This document shows positions 23,345-37,315 of a stretch of DNA of 64,000 bases, piece after piece. The position numbers and the translations under genes were made by a program. The DNA is taken from assembly GCA_963514005.1 (NCBI GenBank), contig OY740782.1:1860001-1924000 (forward strand). Direction: 5' to 3'. Each line of letters starts with the position of its first letter. Position 1 is the stretch's first letter. Below the pieces are notes generated by a model that saw only the letters and a program-made list of their open reading frames with translations, did not search any database and was not told the DNA's origin. Source of the stretch: Raja brachyura. Its lineage: Eukaryota.

Positions 23345-26300
23345 CACCAGAGACACACACCCACACATGTCGACACACACACACATGTCGACACACACAC
23401 ACCCAGACATGTCCAGCAACACACTCAGACACACACCTAGACATGTCCAGACACACACCCAGACATGTCCAACACACCCAGACATGTCCAGACACACATA
23501 GACATGTCCAGACACACATACAGACATGTCCAGACACACACCCAGACATGTCCAGACACACACCCAGACACGCCCAGACACACACCCAGACATGTCGACA
23601 CACACAGACATGTCGACACACACAGACATGTCCAACACACTCAGACATGTCTAGGCACACACTCAGACATGTCTAGACACACACAGACATGTCCAACACA
23701 CTCAGACATGTCTAGGCACACACTCAGACATGTCTAGACACACACCCAGACATGTCAACACACCCAGAGATGTCTAGGCACACACCCAAACAGGTCTAGT
23801 CACACACTCAGACATGTCTAGGCACACACCCAGACATGTCCAACAACATACCCAGGCATGTCCAGACACACACCCAGACATGTCCAGCCACACATACAGA
23901 CATGTCCAACACACCCAAATATGTCCAACACATCCAGACATGTCTACACACACATCCAGACATGTTCAACAACACACCCAGACATGTCTAGAAACACACC
24001 CAGACATGTCCAACACACCCAGTCATGTCCAGACACATACACAGACATGTCCAGCAACATACTCAGACATGTAGACACACCCAGACATGTTCATACACAC
24101 ACAGACATGTCTGGATAGACACTCGGACATGTCTAGACACACACCCGGACATATCCAACAACACACGCAGACATGTCTAGACACACACCTAGATATGGCT
24201 AGACACACACCCAGACATGTCTAGACACATACCCGGACATGTCCAACAACACACCCAGACATGTCCAACACAAACCCAGAAATGTAGACACACAGAAACA
24301 TGTTCAGACACACGCCCAGACATGCCCAAGAAAACAGACTTGTCCAGACACACACCCAGACGTCCAACAACACACCCAGACATGTCTAGAGACACACCGA
24401 GACATATCCAGACACACACCCAGACATGTCTAGACACACACCCAGACATGTCCAACACACCCAAACATGTCCAACACATCCAGACATGTCTAGACACACA
24501 CCCAAACATGTCCAACAATACACCCAGACGTGTCCAATACATCCAGACATGTCCAATACATCCAGACATTTCCAACATACCCAGACATCCAGACACACAC
24601 AGACATGTCAACACACCCAGACATGTCCAGACACACACCCAGACATGTCCAAGAACACACACAGACTTGTCCAACACACCCAGACATGTCCACACACACA
24701 CAGAGACATGTCCAGATACACACATCCGGCACTCAAATACACCTGGACCATTTCCAACACTTCCCCACCATTCCTTGACCTCACTATCTCCATCGCAGGG
24801 GATACACTTTGCCCGACATCCACTATAAACCCACTGACTCCCACAGCTACCTGGACTACCCTCCCACCCTGCTTCCTGTAAGGACTCCATCCCCTATTCC
24901 CAATTCCTCCGTCTATGCCGCATCTGCTCCCAGGATGAGGTGTTCCACACCGGGACATCACAAATGTCCTCATTCTTCAGAGAACAGGGATTCCCCTCCC
25001 CCACTATAGATGAGGCTCGCACCAGGGTCTCCTCCGTACCCCGTAACACTGCCCTCTCTCCCCATCCCCCCACTCGCAACAAGGGCAGAATCCCCCTGGT
25101 CCTCACCTTTCACCCCACCAGCCGGCACATACAACACATGGTCATCCGACAGTTTCGCCACCTCCAACGTAACCCCACCACTCGCCACATCTTCCCATCT
25201 CCCCCCCCTGTCTGCCTCCGCAACTCCCTTGACAATTCTTCCCTCCCGCTCCACCCCTTCCCCGGCACTTTCCCTTGCAACCGCAGGAGATGCTACACTT
25301 GTCGCTTTACCTCCCCCCTCCACTCCATTCAAGGACCCAAGCAGTCGTTCCAGGTCTATTGCATTCGCTGCTCTAGATGCCAGCTAATATCGGTGAGACC
25401 AAGCGGAGGCTTGGCGATCGTTTCGCCGAACACCTCCGCTCGGTCCGTAATAACCAACCCGACCTCCCGATGGCTCAGCACTTCAACTCCCCCTCCCATT
25501 CCGTATCCGACCTCTCTGTCCTGGGCCTCCTTCACGGCCAGAGTGAGCAACACCGCAAATTGGAGGAACAGCACCTCATATTCCGCTTGTGGAGTCTGCA
25601 TCCTCTTGGTATGAACATCGAATTCTCTCAATTCTGTTGACCCTTGCTGTCTCCTCCCCTTCCTACCTCTCCCTCAGCCCCCGGGCTCCTCCTCCTCCTT
25701 TTTCCTTTCTCCCCCCCGCCTCCCCCCACCCGTCTGAAGAAGGGTTTCGGCCCGAAACGTTGCCTATCTCCCTCATTCCATAGATGCTGATGCACCCGCT
25801 GAGTTTCTCCAGCATTTTGTGTACACACACAGACATGTTTACACACCCAGACATGTCCAGACACACACCGAGACATGTCCAACAACATACCCAGACATGT
25901 AGACACACACAGACATGTCTAGACACACACCCAGACATGTCCAACAACACACCCAGACATGTCCAGACACACACCCAGACATGTCTAGATACACATCCAG
26001 ACATGTCTAGACACACACCCAGACATGTCCAACACACACCCAGACATGTCCAACAACACACCCAGACATGTCCAACAACCCATTCAGACACGTAGACACA
26101 CAGAGACATGTTCAGACACACACCCAGACATGCCCCAAAACACACACAGACTTGTCTGGACACACACCCAGACATGTCCAACACACACCCAGACATGTAG
26201 ACACATAGACATGTTCTGACACACACCCGGGCATGTCCAACAACACACCCAGACATGTCCAAACACGCACCCAGACATGTACACACCCAGACATGTCGAC

Positions 26301-26560
26301 ACACACCCAGACATGTTGACACACACACATGTCCAGACATACACACACAAGCATGTCCAGACACACACCGAGACATGTCCAACACACACACACACACATG
26401 TCCAGACATACACATACAGACATGGACAGGCACACACACACACTGCAGATGTCGGCACAGATATATATGCAGACACCGGCGGCGAAGGACCAGGCACACA
26501 CCGACGCACAAAAAGACCCAGACACACATACAGACACACAGACACACTCCCACATAAACA
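23345..26560. repeat. ACACACCCAGACATGT satellite-like repeat, split by the Penelope element
   Basis: arms 23345-24722 and 25822-26560. Confidence 0.92.
24723..25821 (+). mobile_element. Penelope-like element (RT C-terminus, Cys linker, GIY-YIG), frameshifted; Neptune-like
   Basis: PFLDLTI, YKPTDSHSYL, SIPYSQFLRL, CNRRRCYTC, IGETKRRLGDRFAEH, GMN; hammerhead-like core 25734-25761. Confidence 0.9.
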
Positions 26561-26589
26561 CACACTCACCCCCTCATCAATACTTCATG

Positions 26590-29420
26590 GTGCTTAGACA
26601 TGGCAAGTCCTGTCCAACTCTTACTCTCCACACCTGGCGGCAAAATGCCACCCCATCTACCTCCCGAGAGAATTCACCTCCATCAGCCATCGTCTACATC
26701 CCACCCCAGACAGACGTCCGTCTCGCTCTGGAACTGCACGCCGTGGTCAAGAAACACCAGTCAGCGAACCTCGAAACCTTTACCATGGTAGCCGGGGACT
26801 TCAACAAAGCCAACCTGAAGAAATCACCCCCTAACTACCACCAACATGTCTCCTGCAGCCCCAGAGGATTAACAACCCTTGACCACTGCTATACGACCAT
26901 CAGAGACGCCTATAGCTCTATCCCTCACCCTCGCTTCTTCCTACATACAGGCAGCAACTGAAGAGCACACCCCCAGAGGTGAGGACTGTACAGAGCTGGT
27001 CTGGGGAGGCAGAGGAGCAACTACGGGACTGCTTGGAGAGTAGACTGGGCAATGTTCAAGGACTCGGCAACGGATTTGAATTATACGCCAGTTGTTACAG
27101 ACTTCATAAGAAAATGTGTGGAGGATGTGTTCCCACAAAAACCATCGGGTGTTTCCTAACCAGAAACCTTGGATGAACCAGGAGATCCGCATTCTTCTGA
27201 GGACCACATCCTAGGCATTTAGGTCTGGTGACACAGAGGTAAACAAGTCCAGATACAACCTTGTCAAGGCCATCAAAAAGGTCAAAAGGGACTTTTGCTC
27301 TAAGCTGAAGGACAAGGTGGATGTTCGAAAACTGCGGCAGAGCTTGAATACCATCACTTCGTACAAGGTGAAATCAGGGGCAGTTCAAGCGACAACGAAG
27401 CATCACTCCCAGACAAGCTCAATCCGTCTCTTCGTGCTTAGATAGGGAGAATGCTGATGTGTCTTCCCGTGCCCTCATATTGCAATCAGTCAGAGGCCGA
27501 TGTCAGAAGAGTGAACCGTTGGAAAGCTTTTGGACCTCATGGTGTACCTGGTCGTGTTCTTAAAACCTGTGCAGAACAACTGGCTGGAGTTTTTGCAATA
27601 TCTTCAGCCTCTCATTACTGAGGGCCCCATCTGCTTTAAGAGGGCATCAATATTACCGGTGACGTGCCTCAACGTCTATCGACCGATGGCACTAACGTCC
27701 GTGCTTTGAGAAGTTGGTTATGGCGCAGATCAACTCCTACCTCAACAAGAACCTCGACCCATTACAATTTGCCTACCACCATTACAGGTCAACGGAGGAT
27801 GCAATCTCACTGGCTCTCCACTCTGCACTGGGCCATTTGGACAATAAAAACACTTACGTCTGTTGTTTATAGACTACGGCTCGGTGTTCAATACTATCAT
27901 TCCTTCCAAGCTGGTTATCAGGGGAGGGGCAAGGAGGTGCAGGTGGTGAAGGGGAACGACCGGCGTCAGCTCGGGTCCTTCTTGGATGACCTGGAGAAGG
28001 ACACCAAGACCAAGAGCAGTGTCGTTCGTGTTGAGGGTAGAGGAACCAGTAGAGCGTCCTTTGTAGCCAGGGTCCGGAGGGCAAGGAGCACGGCCACTCC
28101 ACCTAGGGTCCGCAAGCTCTGCTGTCAGTGACCAAAGGACTGGTGACGGGATCTAGGGAGTGGGCAGGGCTGAAGATGTCCTGGTTGGGTTGCTCCTAGG
28201 CCTGACCAAGCTGGCCATCCGCGAGTCACAGCGGCAGGCGGAAGAGGGCGTTGCTCCCCTTACCGGGGTTATGTCCGTGCGCAGGTGGTGTTGTTTGTAA
28301 TTTAATGTAAGAATAGTTTGGTGATTTTGTAATATGGTGGTAATATTTTGTAATATCATACAAAAAAAAGCTGGTTATCAAGTTCATGGAACTGGGTCTC
28401 TGCGCATCCCTCTGCAACTGGATCCTCGACTTCCTCATCAACAGACCAGTCTGTATGAATTGGCAACAACACTTCTTCCCCGATAACCATCAGAACTTGA
28501 GCACATGAAGGATGCGTTCTCAGCTCCCTGCTCTTCTCATTCTATACTCACGACTGTGTAGCTGGACATAGTGCGAACTCCATCTTCAAGTTCGCCGACA
28601 CCACCGTTGTGAGACAAGTTACAGATGATGATGAGTCAGATTATACAAGTGAGATCAATGGACTGACCAAATTATGCCAGAACAATAACCTGGCTCCCAG
28701 TCATTAGACCAAGGAACTGACTGTGGACTTTGGAACAGGAATGATGAGGATCCACAAACCTGTGTATATCGACGGGACGATGGTGGAGTGAATCAAAAGC
28801 TTCAAATTCCTGGGTGTGCATATTTTTGAAGATCTTTCCTGGACCTAGCACATTGATACATTTATAAAGAAAGCCCATCAACGCTTCTACTTCCTGAGAA
28901 GATTGTGGAGATTCGGTATGTCAGAGAGAATTCTCTTGAACTTCTACAGGTGTACAGTGGAGGGCATATTGACCGGTTGCATCACGGCATAGTTTGACAA
29001 CTTGAATGCCCAGGGCCGAAGAAGACTGCAAAAAGTGGTGAACACTGCCCAATCCATCAAGGGTGCTGACCTCCCCACCATCGAAGCAAGTCGCTGCCTC
29101 AGCATCATCAGAAGACCCACACCACCCTGGCCACACACACAATTCCCTCCTGCCATCGGGAAGAAGATACAGGAGCCTGAAAACTATAACGTCCAGGTAA
29201 AGGAACAGCCTCTTCACCACAGCCATCAGGCTATTAAACACTACAGCCTCCAAATAAGCTCTGAACTGCATAGACTCGGGGGCACACACACACTGAACTT
29301 TTTTTCTCGTTTATTATATTGTTCAGAGTACTATGTTTACATATTCTGTTGTGCTGCTGCAAGTAAGAATTCCATTGTTCTGTCTGGGGAATATGTTAAT
29401 AAGACAGTCTTGACTTTTAA
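26590..29420 (+). mobile_element. Rex1/Babar LINE, near full length, degenerate
   Basis: YLPREF, VYIPP, AGDFN, TLDHCY, FPNQKPWMN, DPLQFAY, STEDAI, YTHDCV, KFAD motifs. Confidence 0.85.
27921..28367 (+). mobile_element. Tx1/L1-like retroelement fragment inserted in Rex1
   Basis: 13-bp TSD AAGCTGGTTATCA (27908-27920, 28368-28380), A tail, EDVLVGLLLGLTKLAIRES motif. Confidence 0.75.
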
Positions 29421-31509
29421 CTTCTCTCACATAGCCGAACCCCACTTCACACGTATCTCCCCATCTACCTCTCTCCTACCCCCAGTCACAGTCAGCACTG
29501 ATGGGGTCACACTCATCCTGCTCACACAGAGCAGACACACACCCACGATACACACCGTGGTCGCCACAGAAACACAGGTCACCCAGCGGACACTGACCCC
29601 ACTCGCCATGTTGGTGGTGGGTCTGCCCGTGTGGCTGAGGCACACAAACACAGGGTGAGGGAGCAGCAGCAATTCAGTAGCAAGCCGGTTGCGGCCAGTT
29701 GGTGAATTTACTGACGACAGAAACACTGAACAGTCACTGCTTCATTTCCCACTCATCCACACCCTCCAGCGAGGGGAGGGGGTGAAGATAGAGATCCAGG
29801 GTATCGCTCACACCAACCGCACCTCATCTCCTGCACTGTATCCAGCCATCTCGCCTCAGCCACACGGGCACAGCACTGTAGCCTTCCACTGGCATTCCCA
29901 CCACCAACATGGCAAGTGGGGTCACTGTCCGGGGGGTGGGAGGGGGTGACTGGCGGTTGGGGATGGTCACCAGTGACTGGGTGGGGTGGGGGGGGGGGGT
30001 GTCAATTACTCCCGGGGTGAGTGTGGGGACATTCGGTGCCCAGTCTGGATGAGCGGAGGTCTGGGTGAGCGTGGGAAGGTATAAACTCCGCACAGACAGT
30101 ACCGTAGTCAGGATCAAATCCGTGTCTCTGGCGCTGTGAGGCAGCTGAGACATCTCGGAGGAGGAGAATAGAGCATTCTGCAAGGGGAGAACATCATTGT
30201 TTATGATGCTTTTTAATAACACCATGTTAACTGTGGAAATTGGATCATTTCTGGATCTCTACGTTGAAGAAGTATCTTGATGCAATGACAATACCATGGA
30301 GTAGGACTGAGATCTTGATTGTATAAGGCAGAGATGCCAGGAGCATGGAAGTACATAAAGCATTAAGATAACAGTCACTTGATAGCACTGGAGAGAATGA
30401 TATATCTTCTCGATGTCAGAGGATATGCCTGTGCTGTATATTCTGCATTAAATGTATATTTAATAGATCCCTGTATAGAGGTGATGCAGTTTCTTTCAGA
30501 GATATTAATGTGATTATAATACATGTTAAAGAATATGCTTTACAACACATCATAAAAGATTGTGATATATTTGAGAGATTGCGTCATAGAAAACGGAATG
30601 AAGAGATTGTTGTGTATTAAAGCTAATATTATGTGCAGGAGAATCTCGTCAACATGAGATGGAATCCTCAATGTTGTGAACAGTGCACTTTACATAATGT
30701 ATAGTGAAAGGGTTACTATATACCACCTAGACTACTATGTATTCAAGGCACCAAAGAATGCAGTATATTGGGAAAAAAAACTTCATGTTGAAAGATCTTT
30801 GTCTGTTGGCCCAACTTGCCCACACCGACCAACATGCCCCATCTGCACTAGTCCTACCTGCCTGCATTTGGCCCATATCCCTCTAAACCCGTCCTATCCC
30901 TTTACTTTTCTAAATGTTGCGATAGCATCTGCCTCAACTATTTGCCTTCATACAATTACCACCCTTTATGTGAAAAGGTTACTGCTCGGCAGATGAGATG
31001 GGTCCCACAACAGCATTTAAAAGACACTTGGACAGGTACTTGGATAGGAAGGCTTAGACAACGTCTAAATGAGACATACGTAGGCAGTTGGGTCGCGTGA
31101 AGATGGGTCATCTTCGGCAGCATGGGCAAGTTGGGCCGAAGGGCCTTGTTTCCGTGCCGTTTAACTCTGAGACACTAAGTGACAAAGAGGTTGCGTGTAA
31201 GGCAACCAAGAGGTCGTAGACTGGAGAGTGATTTCCAATAGTATGATTGGAGGAATATCAGTGGGATTTCAGTACATTTGAGAAACTAATTTTCTCTGAG
31301 AAAGTGTAACATTTTAGCTTTTAGTTTAGTTTATTACTGTCAAGTGTATCGAGGTATAATGAAAGTTTTTGTTTACGCGCTATCCAGTCAAAAAAAAGAC
31401 TATACATGAATACAAGTGCAGGGATAGAGGGCAAGAGTTAGTGCAAGATAGAGTCTGATTAAAGATAGTTCAAGGGTCTCCAATGAGATAGATGGGATGT
31501 CAGGACCGC

Positions 31510-31720
31510 ACTCTAGCTGATGAGCCGACTATTTGGTTGCCTGATAACAGCTGGGAAGAAACTGTCCCAGAATCTGGAGGTGTGCGTTTTCACACTTACG
31601 TGCCTCTTGCCTGATGGGCGAGGGGAGAAGAGGGAGTGACCGGGGTGAGACTGGACCTCGATTACGCAGGTGGCCTTTGCCGAGGCAGCGTGAAGTGTAG
31701 ATGGAGTCAATGGCAGAGGG
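31510..31720 (-). mobile_element. Rex1-type LINE 3' fragment
   Basis: SHPGHSLFSPRPSGKR..HTSRFWDSFFPAVIR. Confidence 0.7.
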
Positions 31721-32469
31721 TTGGTTTTAGAATGCAATATTCTTAGATCAGCAAATTTGTGCACTTGGATTTCATTGGAATTTAAAAAGCATACCGTCTG
31801 TTCCACCAGACACACAGTAAACATGTTTGGAGTTGCAGGGACACTGGAGAACTGAATATTAGTTGTCAATGTGGTCTTTGCCAAAGTTTGAGACAGAGTG
31901 CACTGTCAACCCTTTAGGTCCGTTGGGAGAACAGCGGTCCTGCCACTGCGTATCTCTGGAGATTCATAATGTTTTCAACAAGAATGAATCCGTCTGCAAC
32001 CGGATGCTTTTTCACCACGCCAACACTGAGATATGTGAGAGAACCAAGATTCCATACAACTCAGGAAGACACAACTTGTTGGAGTAACTCAGCAGGTCAG
32101 GCAGCATCTATGGAGAAGATGGATAGGTAACATTTCGGGCTGCGTCCCTTCTTCAGACTGACTGTACTAGTAGGGAAGAAGGGTCCTGACCAAAACATCG
32201 TCTATCCATGTCCTCCAGACCAGCTGAGATATTCCAACACTTTGTGTCTTTTTTAAAAACCACCATCTGCAGTGCCTAGTGTCTCCATTCACCTCAGTTG
32301 AGAAAGGGGAAAAGTGCAGAGGATGGGGTTGGATTCAGTTGTAATTCCACCTCCAGTGCGCTACACGTGTAACCAGAATTCCCAAGTGTAACCACGTACT
32401 TCTACAATCACTTCCAATTGCTTCTCTCAGCTGCCGAACACACTTGTTCACAGACCAGAGTGCCATATT

Positions 32470-33438
32470 GTTTTTATGTGAAATAGCCAAGGGCAGAAAA
32501 TGCTTGTTGGAGTTGTATAACAGACCACCAAACAGCAGTAGGGAGGTTGGGGATAGCATCAAGCAGGAAGTTAGGGATGTGTGGAGCAAAGGTACATCAG
32601 TTATCATGGCTGACTTTAATCTACATATAGATTGGGCCAACCAAATTGGTACCAGCGGTGAGGATTTCCTGGGATGAAAACGGGATGGTTTTTTAAACCA
32701 ATACGTAGAAGAACCGACTAGAGGGCAGGCCACCCTGGACAGGGTATTGTGTAATGAGGAAGGATTGGTTCAGTTCAGAGATACAGTGCAGAAGCAGGCC
32801 CTTCGGCCCACCAAGACTGCACCGATCAGCGATCCCTGCACACTAACACTATCCTACACAAACTAGGAACAATTTACATTTATACCCAGCCAATTAACCT
32901 ACAAACTCTCACGTCTTTGGGGTGTGGGGGGAAATGGAAGGGCATCAAAGGTTATGAGGAGAAGGCAGGAGAATGGGGTTGAGAGATCAGCCATGATCTA
33001 AAGGTGGTGCAGACTCGATGGACTGAATGGTCTAAGTCTGCTCCTCTGCCTTATGGTCTTGCTGCAGCTCCATGGGACTTTGTAGTCTGGAGTTGGGGGT
33101 ATTGCATGCAGTTTTGTTCACCATTACAGGAAGGGCCTGGAGGTTTTGGAGAGGGTGCAGGAAAGGTTTGAGGGGCTGATTGGCCCGTGTTATTCCTGCC
33201 ATCCCACATATTGGGGTGCAAGAGCCTTACAACCCAGTGGTATGAATATGGATTTCTCCAACATCAAGTAACCCTTGCATTCCCCTCTCTCCGTCCCTCC
33301 CCCAGCCTAGTTCTCTGACTAGTTTCACTGTCCTGATTAAACATTAGTTTGTAGGTTAGTAGCGATCTTGTTGTGCAGACCCCCTTGTGCAACAGTGATC
33401 ATAATATGGTGGAATTCTACATTAGGATGGAGAGTGAC
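32470..33438 (+). mobile_element. CR1 APE fragment interrupted by SINE/CR1/Penelope pieces
   Basis: YNRPPNS, IMADFNLHIDW, EPTRGQATLD ... resumes SDHNMVEFYIRMESD. Confidence 0.7.
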
Positions 33439-33889
33439 GGGACACCGGCCCAAACTTACAGCCAGCGTGGAGAAGGGCTAACTCCAGTGCTCCGGGCCGG
33501 TGTCCCGTCAGTCCAGGGCTGTCGGTTAATGCGGCGGGACAGGCAGAGCTGGAGTTAGTGCTTCTTCGCGCTGGCTGTACGTCCGGGCCACCACTGCAAC
33601 GGGCCGACACCCCATCAGTCCAGGGTCACCCCAGGCATCTCCGACCGCCCCCAGAGAGGGATGGGACACTCAGGAGGGGATGGGGACAGTCCAGTAGCAA
33701 TTCAACAGCTACTCCGGCTTGTAGCGCCGGAGACCCGGGTTCGATCCTGACTACGGATGAAATGCTGGTCTGTATTCATTCAGCAGCACAGTTGCCGAGA
33801 ATGTTTATAGCAAGTGACCTTTGACAAATCCCATGATTCCTTGTGTTTTTCGGAATTCCGAACTCGTTCATTGGGAGGACTGACAGATG

Positions 33890-34295
33890 ATGGAAGAATG
33901 GGTCGACAGGGCTTGTATTCACTGGAATTTAGGATGAGGGGATCTGATAGAAACATATAAAATTCTTAAGGGATTGGACAGGCTAGATGCAGGAAAAATA
34001 TTCCCGGTGTTGGGGGAGTCCAGAACCAGGGGTCACGGATTAAGAATAAGGGGTAGGCCATTTAGGACTGAGATGAGGAAACTTTGTTTCACCCAGAGTT
34101 TTGTGAATCTGTGGAATTCTCTGCCACAGAAGACAGTATAGGCCAATTCACTGGATGTCTTCAAGAGAGTTAGATTTAGCTCACAGCTAAAGGAATCAAG
34201 GGGTACAGGGAGAAAGCAGGAACGGGGTACTGATTTTAGCTTATTAGCCATGATCATATTGAATGGCCTACTCCTACACCTATTTTTCTATGTTT
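33890..34295 (+). mobile_element. CR1 3' fragment
   Basis: GLYSLEF, DLIETYKILKGLDRLDAG, 3' UTR. Confidence 0.8.
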
Positions 34296-34374
34296 AATCT
34301 GTTTATTTTGAATTGCCTGTATCATATCAGTTTCAAATTCAGCTCCAATTTCGTCCATTCTGCGGAGAATATTG

Positions 34375-36624
34375 GTGGGTGAGCGTGGGGGTGGGTGAGC
34401 GTGGGGCTGGGTGAGCGTGGGACTGGGTGAGCGTGGGACTGGGTGAGCGTGGGACTGGGTGAGCGTGGGACTGGGTGAGCGTGGGACTGGGTGAGCGTGG
34501 GACTGGGTGAGCGTGGGACTGGGTGAGCGTGGGACTGGGTGAGCGTGGGACTGGGTGAGCGTGGGACTGGGTGAGCGTGGGACTGGGTGAGCGTGGGGGT
34601 GGGTGAGCGTGGGGGTGGGTGAGCGTGGGACTGGGTGAGCGTGGGACTGGGTGAGCGTGGGAGTGGGTGAGCGTGGGACTGGGTGAGCGTGGGACTGGGT
34701 GAGCGTGGGACTGGGTGAGCGTGGGACTGGGTGAGCGTGGGGGTGGGTGAGCGTGGGGGTGGGTGAGCGTGGGGGTGGGTGAGCGTGGGACGGTGAGCGT
34801 GGGGGTGGGTGAGCGTGGGACTGGGTGAGCGTGGGACTGGGTGAGCGTGGGACTGGGTGAGCGTGGGACTGGGTGAGCGTGGGACTGGGTGAGCGTGGGA
34901 CTGGGTGAGCGTGGGACTGGGTGAGCGTGGGACTGGGTGAGCGTGGGACTGGGTGAGCGTGGACTGGGTGAGCGTGGACTGGGTGAGCGTGGGACTGGGT
35001 GAGCGTGGGACTGGGTGAGCGTGGGACTGGGTGAGCGTGGGACTGGGTGAGCGTGGGACTGGGTGAGCGTGGGACTGGGTGAGCGTGGGACTGGGTGAGC
35101 GTGGGACTGGGTGAGCGTGGGACTGGGTGAGCGTGGGACTGGGTGAGCGTGGGACTGGGTGAGCGTGGGACTGGGTGAGCGTGGGACTGGGTGAGCGTGG
35201 GACTGGGTGAGCGTGGGACTGGGTGAGCGTGGGACTGGGTGAGCGTGGGACTGGGTGAGCGTGGGACTGGGTGAGCGTGGGACTGGGTGAGCGTGGGACT
35301 GGGTGAGCGTGGGACTGGGTGAGCGTGGGACTGGGTGAGCGTGGGACTGGGTGAGCGTGGGACTGGGTGAGCGTGGGACTGGGTGAGCGTGGGACTGGGT
35401 GAGCGTGGGACTGGGTGAGCGTGGGACTGGGTGAGCGTGGGACTGGGTGAGCGTGGGACTGGGTGAGCGTGGGACTGGGTGAGCGTGGGACTGGGTGAGC
35501 GTGGGACTGGGTGAGCGTGGGACTGGGTGAGCGTGGGACTGGGTGAGCGTGGGACTGGGTGAGCGTGGGACTGGGTGAGCGTGGGGGTGGGTGAGCGTGG
35601 GACTGGGTGAGCGTGGGGGTGGGTGAGCGTGGGGGTGGGTGAGCGTGGGACTGGGTGGGCGTGGGGGTGGGTGAGCGTGGGACTGGGTGAGCGTGGGGGT
35701 GGGTGAGCGTGGGGGTGGGTGAGCGTGGGACTGGGTGAGCATGGGGGTGGGTGAGCGTGGGGGTGGGTGAGCGTGGGGGTGGGTGAGCGTGGGACTGGGT
35801 GAGCGTGGGACTGGGTGAGCGTGGGGGTGGGTGAGCGTGGGGCTGGGTGAGCGTGGGACTGGGTGAGCGTGGGACTGGGTGAGCGTGGGACTGGGTGAGC
35901 GTGGGACTGGGTGAGCGTGGGGGTGGGTGAGCGTGGGACTGGGTGAGCGTGGGAGAGCGTGGGGGTGGGTGAGCGTGGGACTGGGTGGGCGTGGGACTGG
36001 GTGAGCGTGGGACTGGGTGAGCGTGGGGGTGGGTGAGCGTGGGGCTGGGTGGGCGTGGGGCTGGGTGGGCGTGGGGGTGGGTGGGCGTGGGGGTGGGTGA
36101 GCGTGGGGGTGGGTGAGCGTGGGGGTGGGTGAGCGTGGGACTGGGTGAGCGTGGGACTGGGTGAGCGTGGGACTGGGTGAGCGTGGGGGTGGGTGAGCGT
36201 GGGACTGGGTGAGCGTGGGACTGAGTGAGCGTGGGACTGGGTGAGCGTGGGACTGGGTGAGCGTGGGACTGGGTGAGCGTGGGACTGGGTGAGCGTGGGG
36301 GTGGGTGAGCGTGGGACTGGGTGAGCGTGGGGGTGGGTGAGTGTGGGACTGGGTGAGCGTTGGGGTGGGTGAGTGTGGGACTGGGTGAGCGTGGGGGTGG
36401 GTGAGCGTGGGACTGGGTGAGCGTGGGACTGGGTGAGCGTGGGGGTGGGTGAGCGTGGGACTGGGTGAGCGTGGGACTGGGTGAGCGTGGGACTGGGTGA
36501 GCGTGGGACTGGGTGAGCGTGGGGGTGGGTGAGCGTGGGTCTGGGTGAGCGTGGGACTGGGTGAGCGTGGGACTGGGTGAGCGTGGGACTGGGTGAGCGT
36601 GGGGGTGGGTGAGCGTGGGACTGG
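34375..36624. repeat. 16-bp minisatellite GGGTGAGCGTGGGACT, about 140 units
   Basis: homogeneous centre, GGGGGT variants at edges. Confidence 0.97.
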
Positions 36625-37049
36625 CTAGCCGATTGGACAGAGAATTGGCTTTATGGAAGGATTCAGAGGGTGATGCCGGAAGGTTGTTTTTTGGATAAAC
36701 CTGTGACTAGTGGTGCGCCTTAAGGGTTCATTGCTGGGATCATTGGCGTTTGTCTACATTAACAATTTGGATGAGAATGTGCAGAAGACATTATTAGTAA
36801 AGTTGCAGATGACACGAACAGAGGTAGTATTGTATATAATTAATAGTTATCAAGAATGACACCTGCTGTGCTGCATTCACCAGCCATCTCCTCCCTCTGT
36901 CTGCCAGCCACCACTCTTTGCTTCACTGTCCCTTTCCATCTCCAGCCTTGCACACATTTCCCTTTCTTCTCTCCAGCCTTCTCTTTTCTTGCAACACATG
37001 CTAGATTGCTAACATTTCCCAGCGTAGATGAACGGTCATCACCCTGAAC

Positions 37050-37315
37050 AATGGTACAGAGGCCCAGCGGGTGAAGCTATGGCCTCACAGCGCCACAGAC
37101 CAGGTTCCAACCTGAGGTCGGGCGCTGTCCGTATGCAGTCTGCACGTAAAATCTCGCCGTGACGGCGTGGCTTTCCTCCTGGTGCTCCGGGTTTCTCTCA
37201 CGACCCAAAGACGTGTGGGTTTGTAGGTTAAGTGGCTTCTGTTAATTCCCACTATTGCGTGGGGAATGGATGCAAAGTGGGATAATGTAGAACGAGCGAG
37301 AGTGGGTATTTGATG
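37050..37315 (+). mobile_element. tRNA-derived V-SINE (HE1-like), degenerate
   Basis: gcctcacagcgcc..gacc..ggttc head; gctttcctcc..tgctccgggtttc..cccaaagacgtg core. Confidence 0.7.

Noticed and set aside
33715-33760. tRNA-like B-box GGTTCGATCC
   Set aside because: SINE head fragment with no cloverleaf.
34339-35742. 467-aa His/Pro/Ser ORF
   Set aside because: It is a translation of the 16-bp minisatellite.
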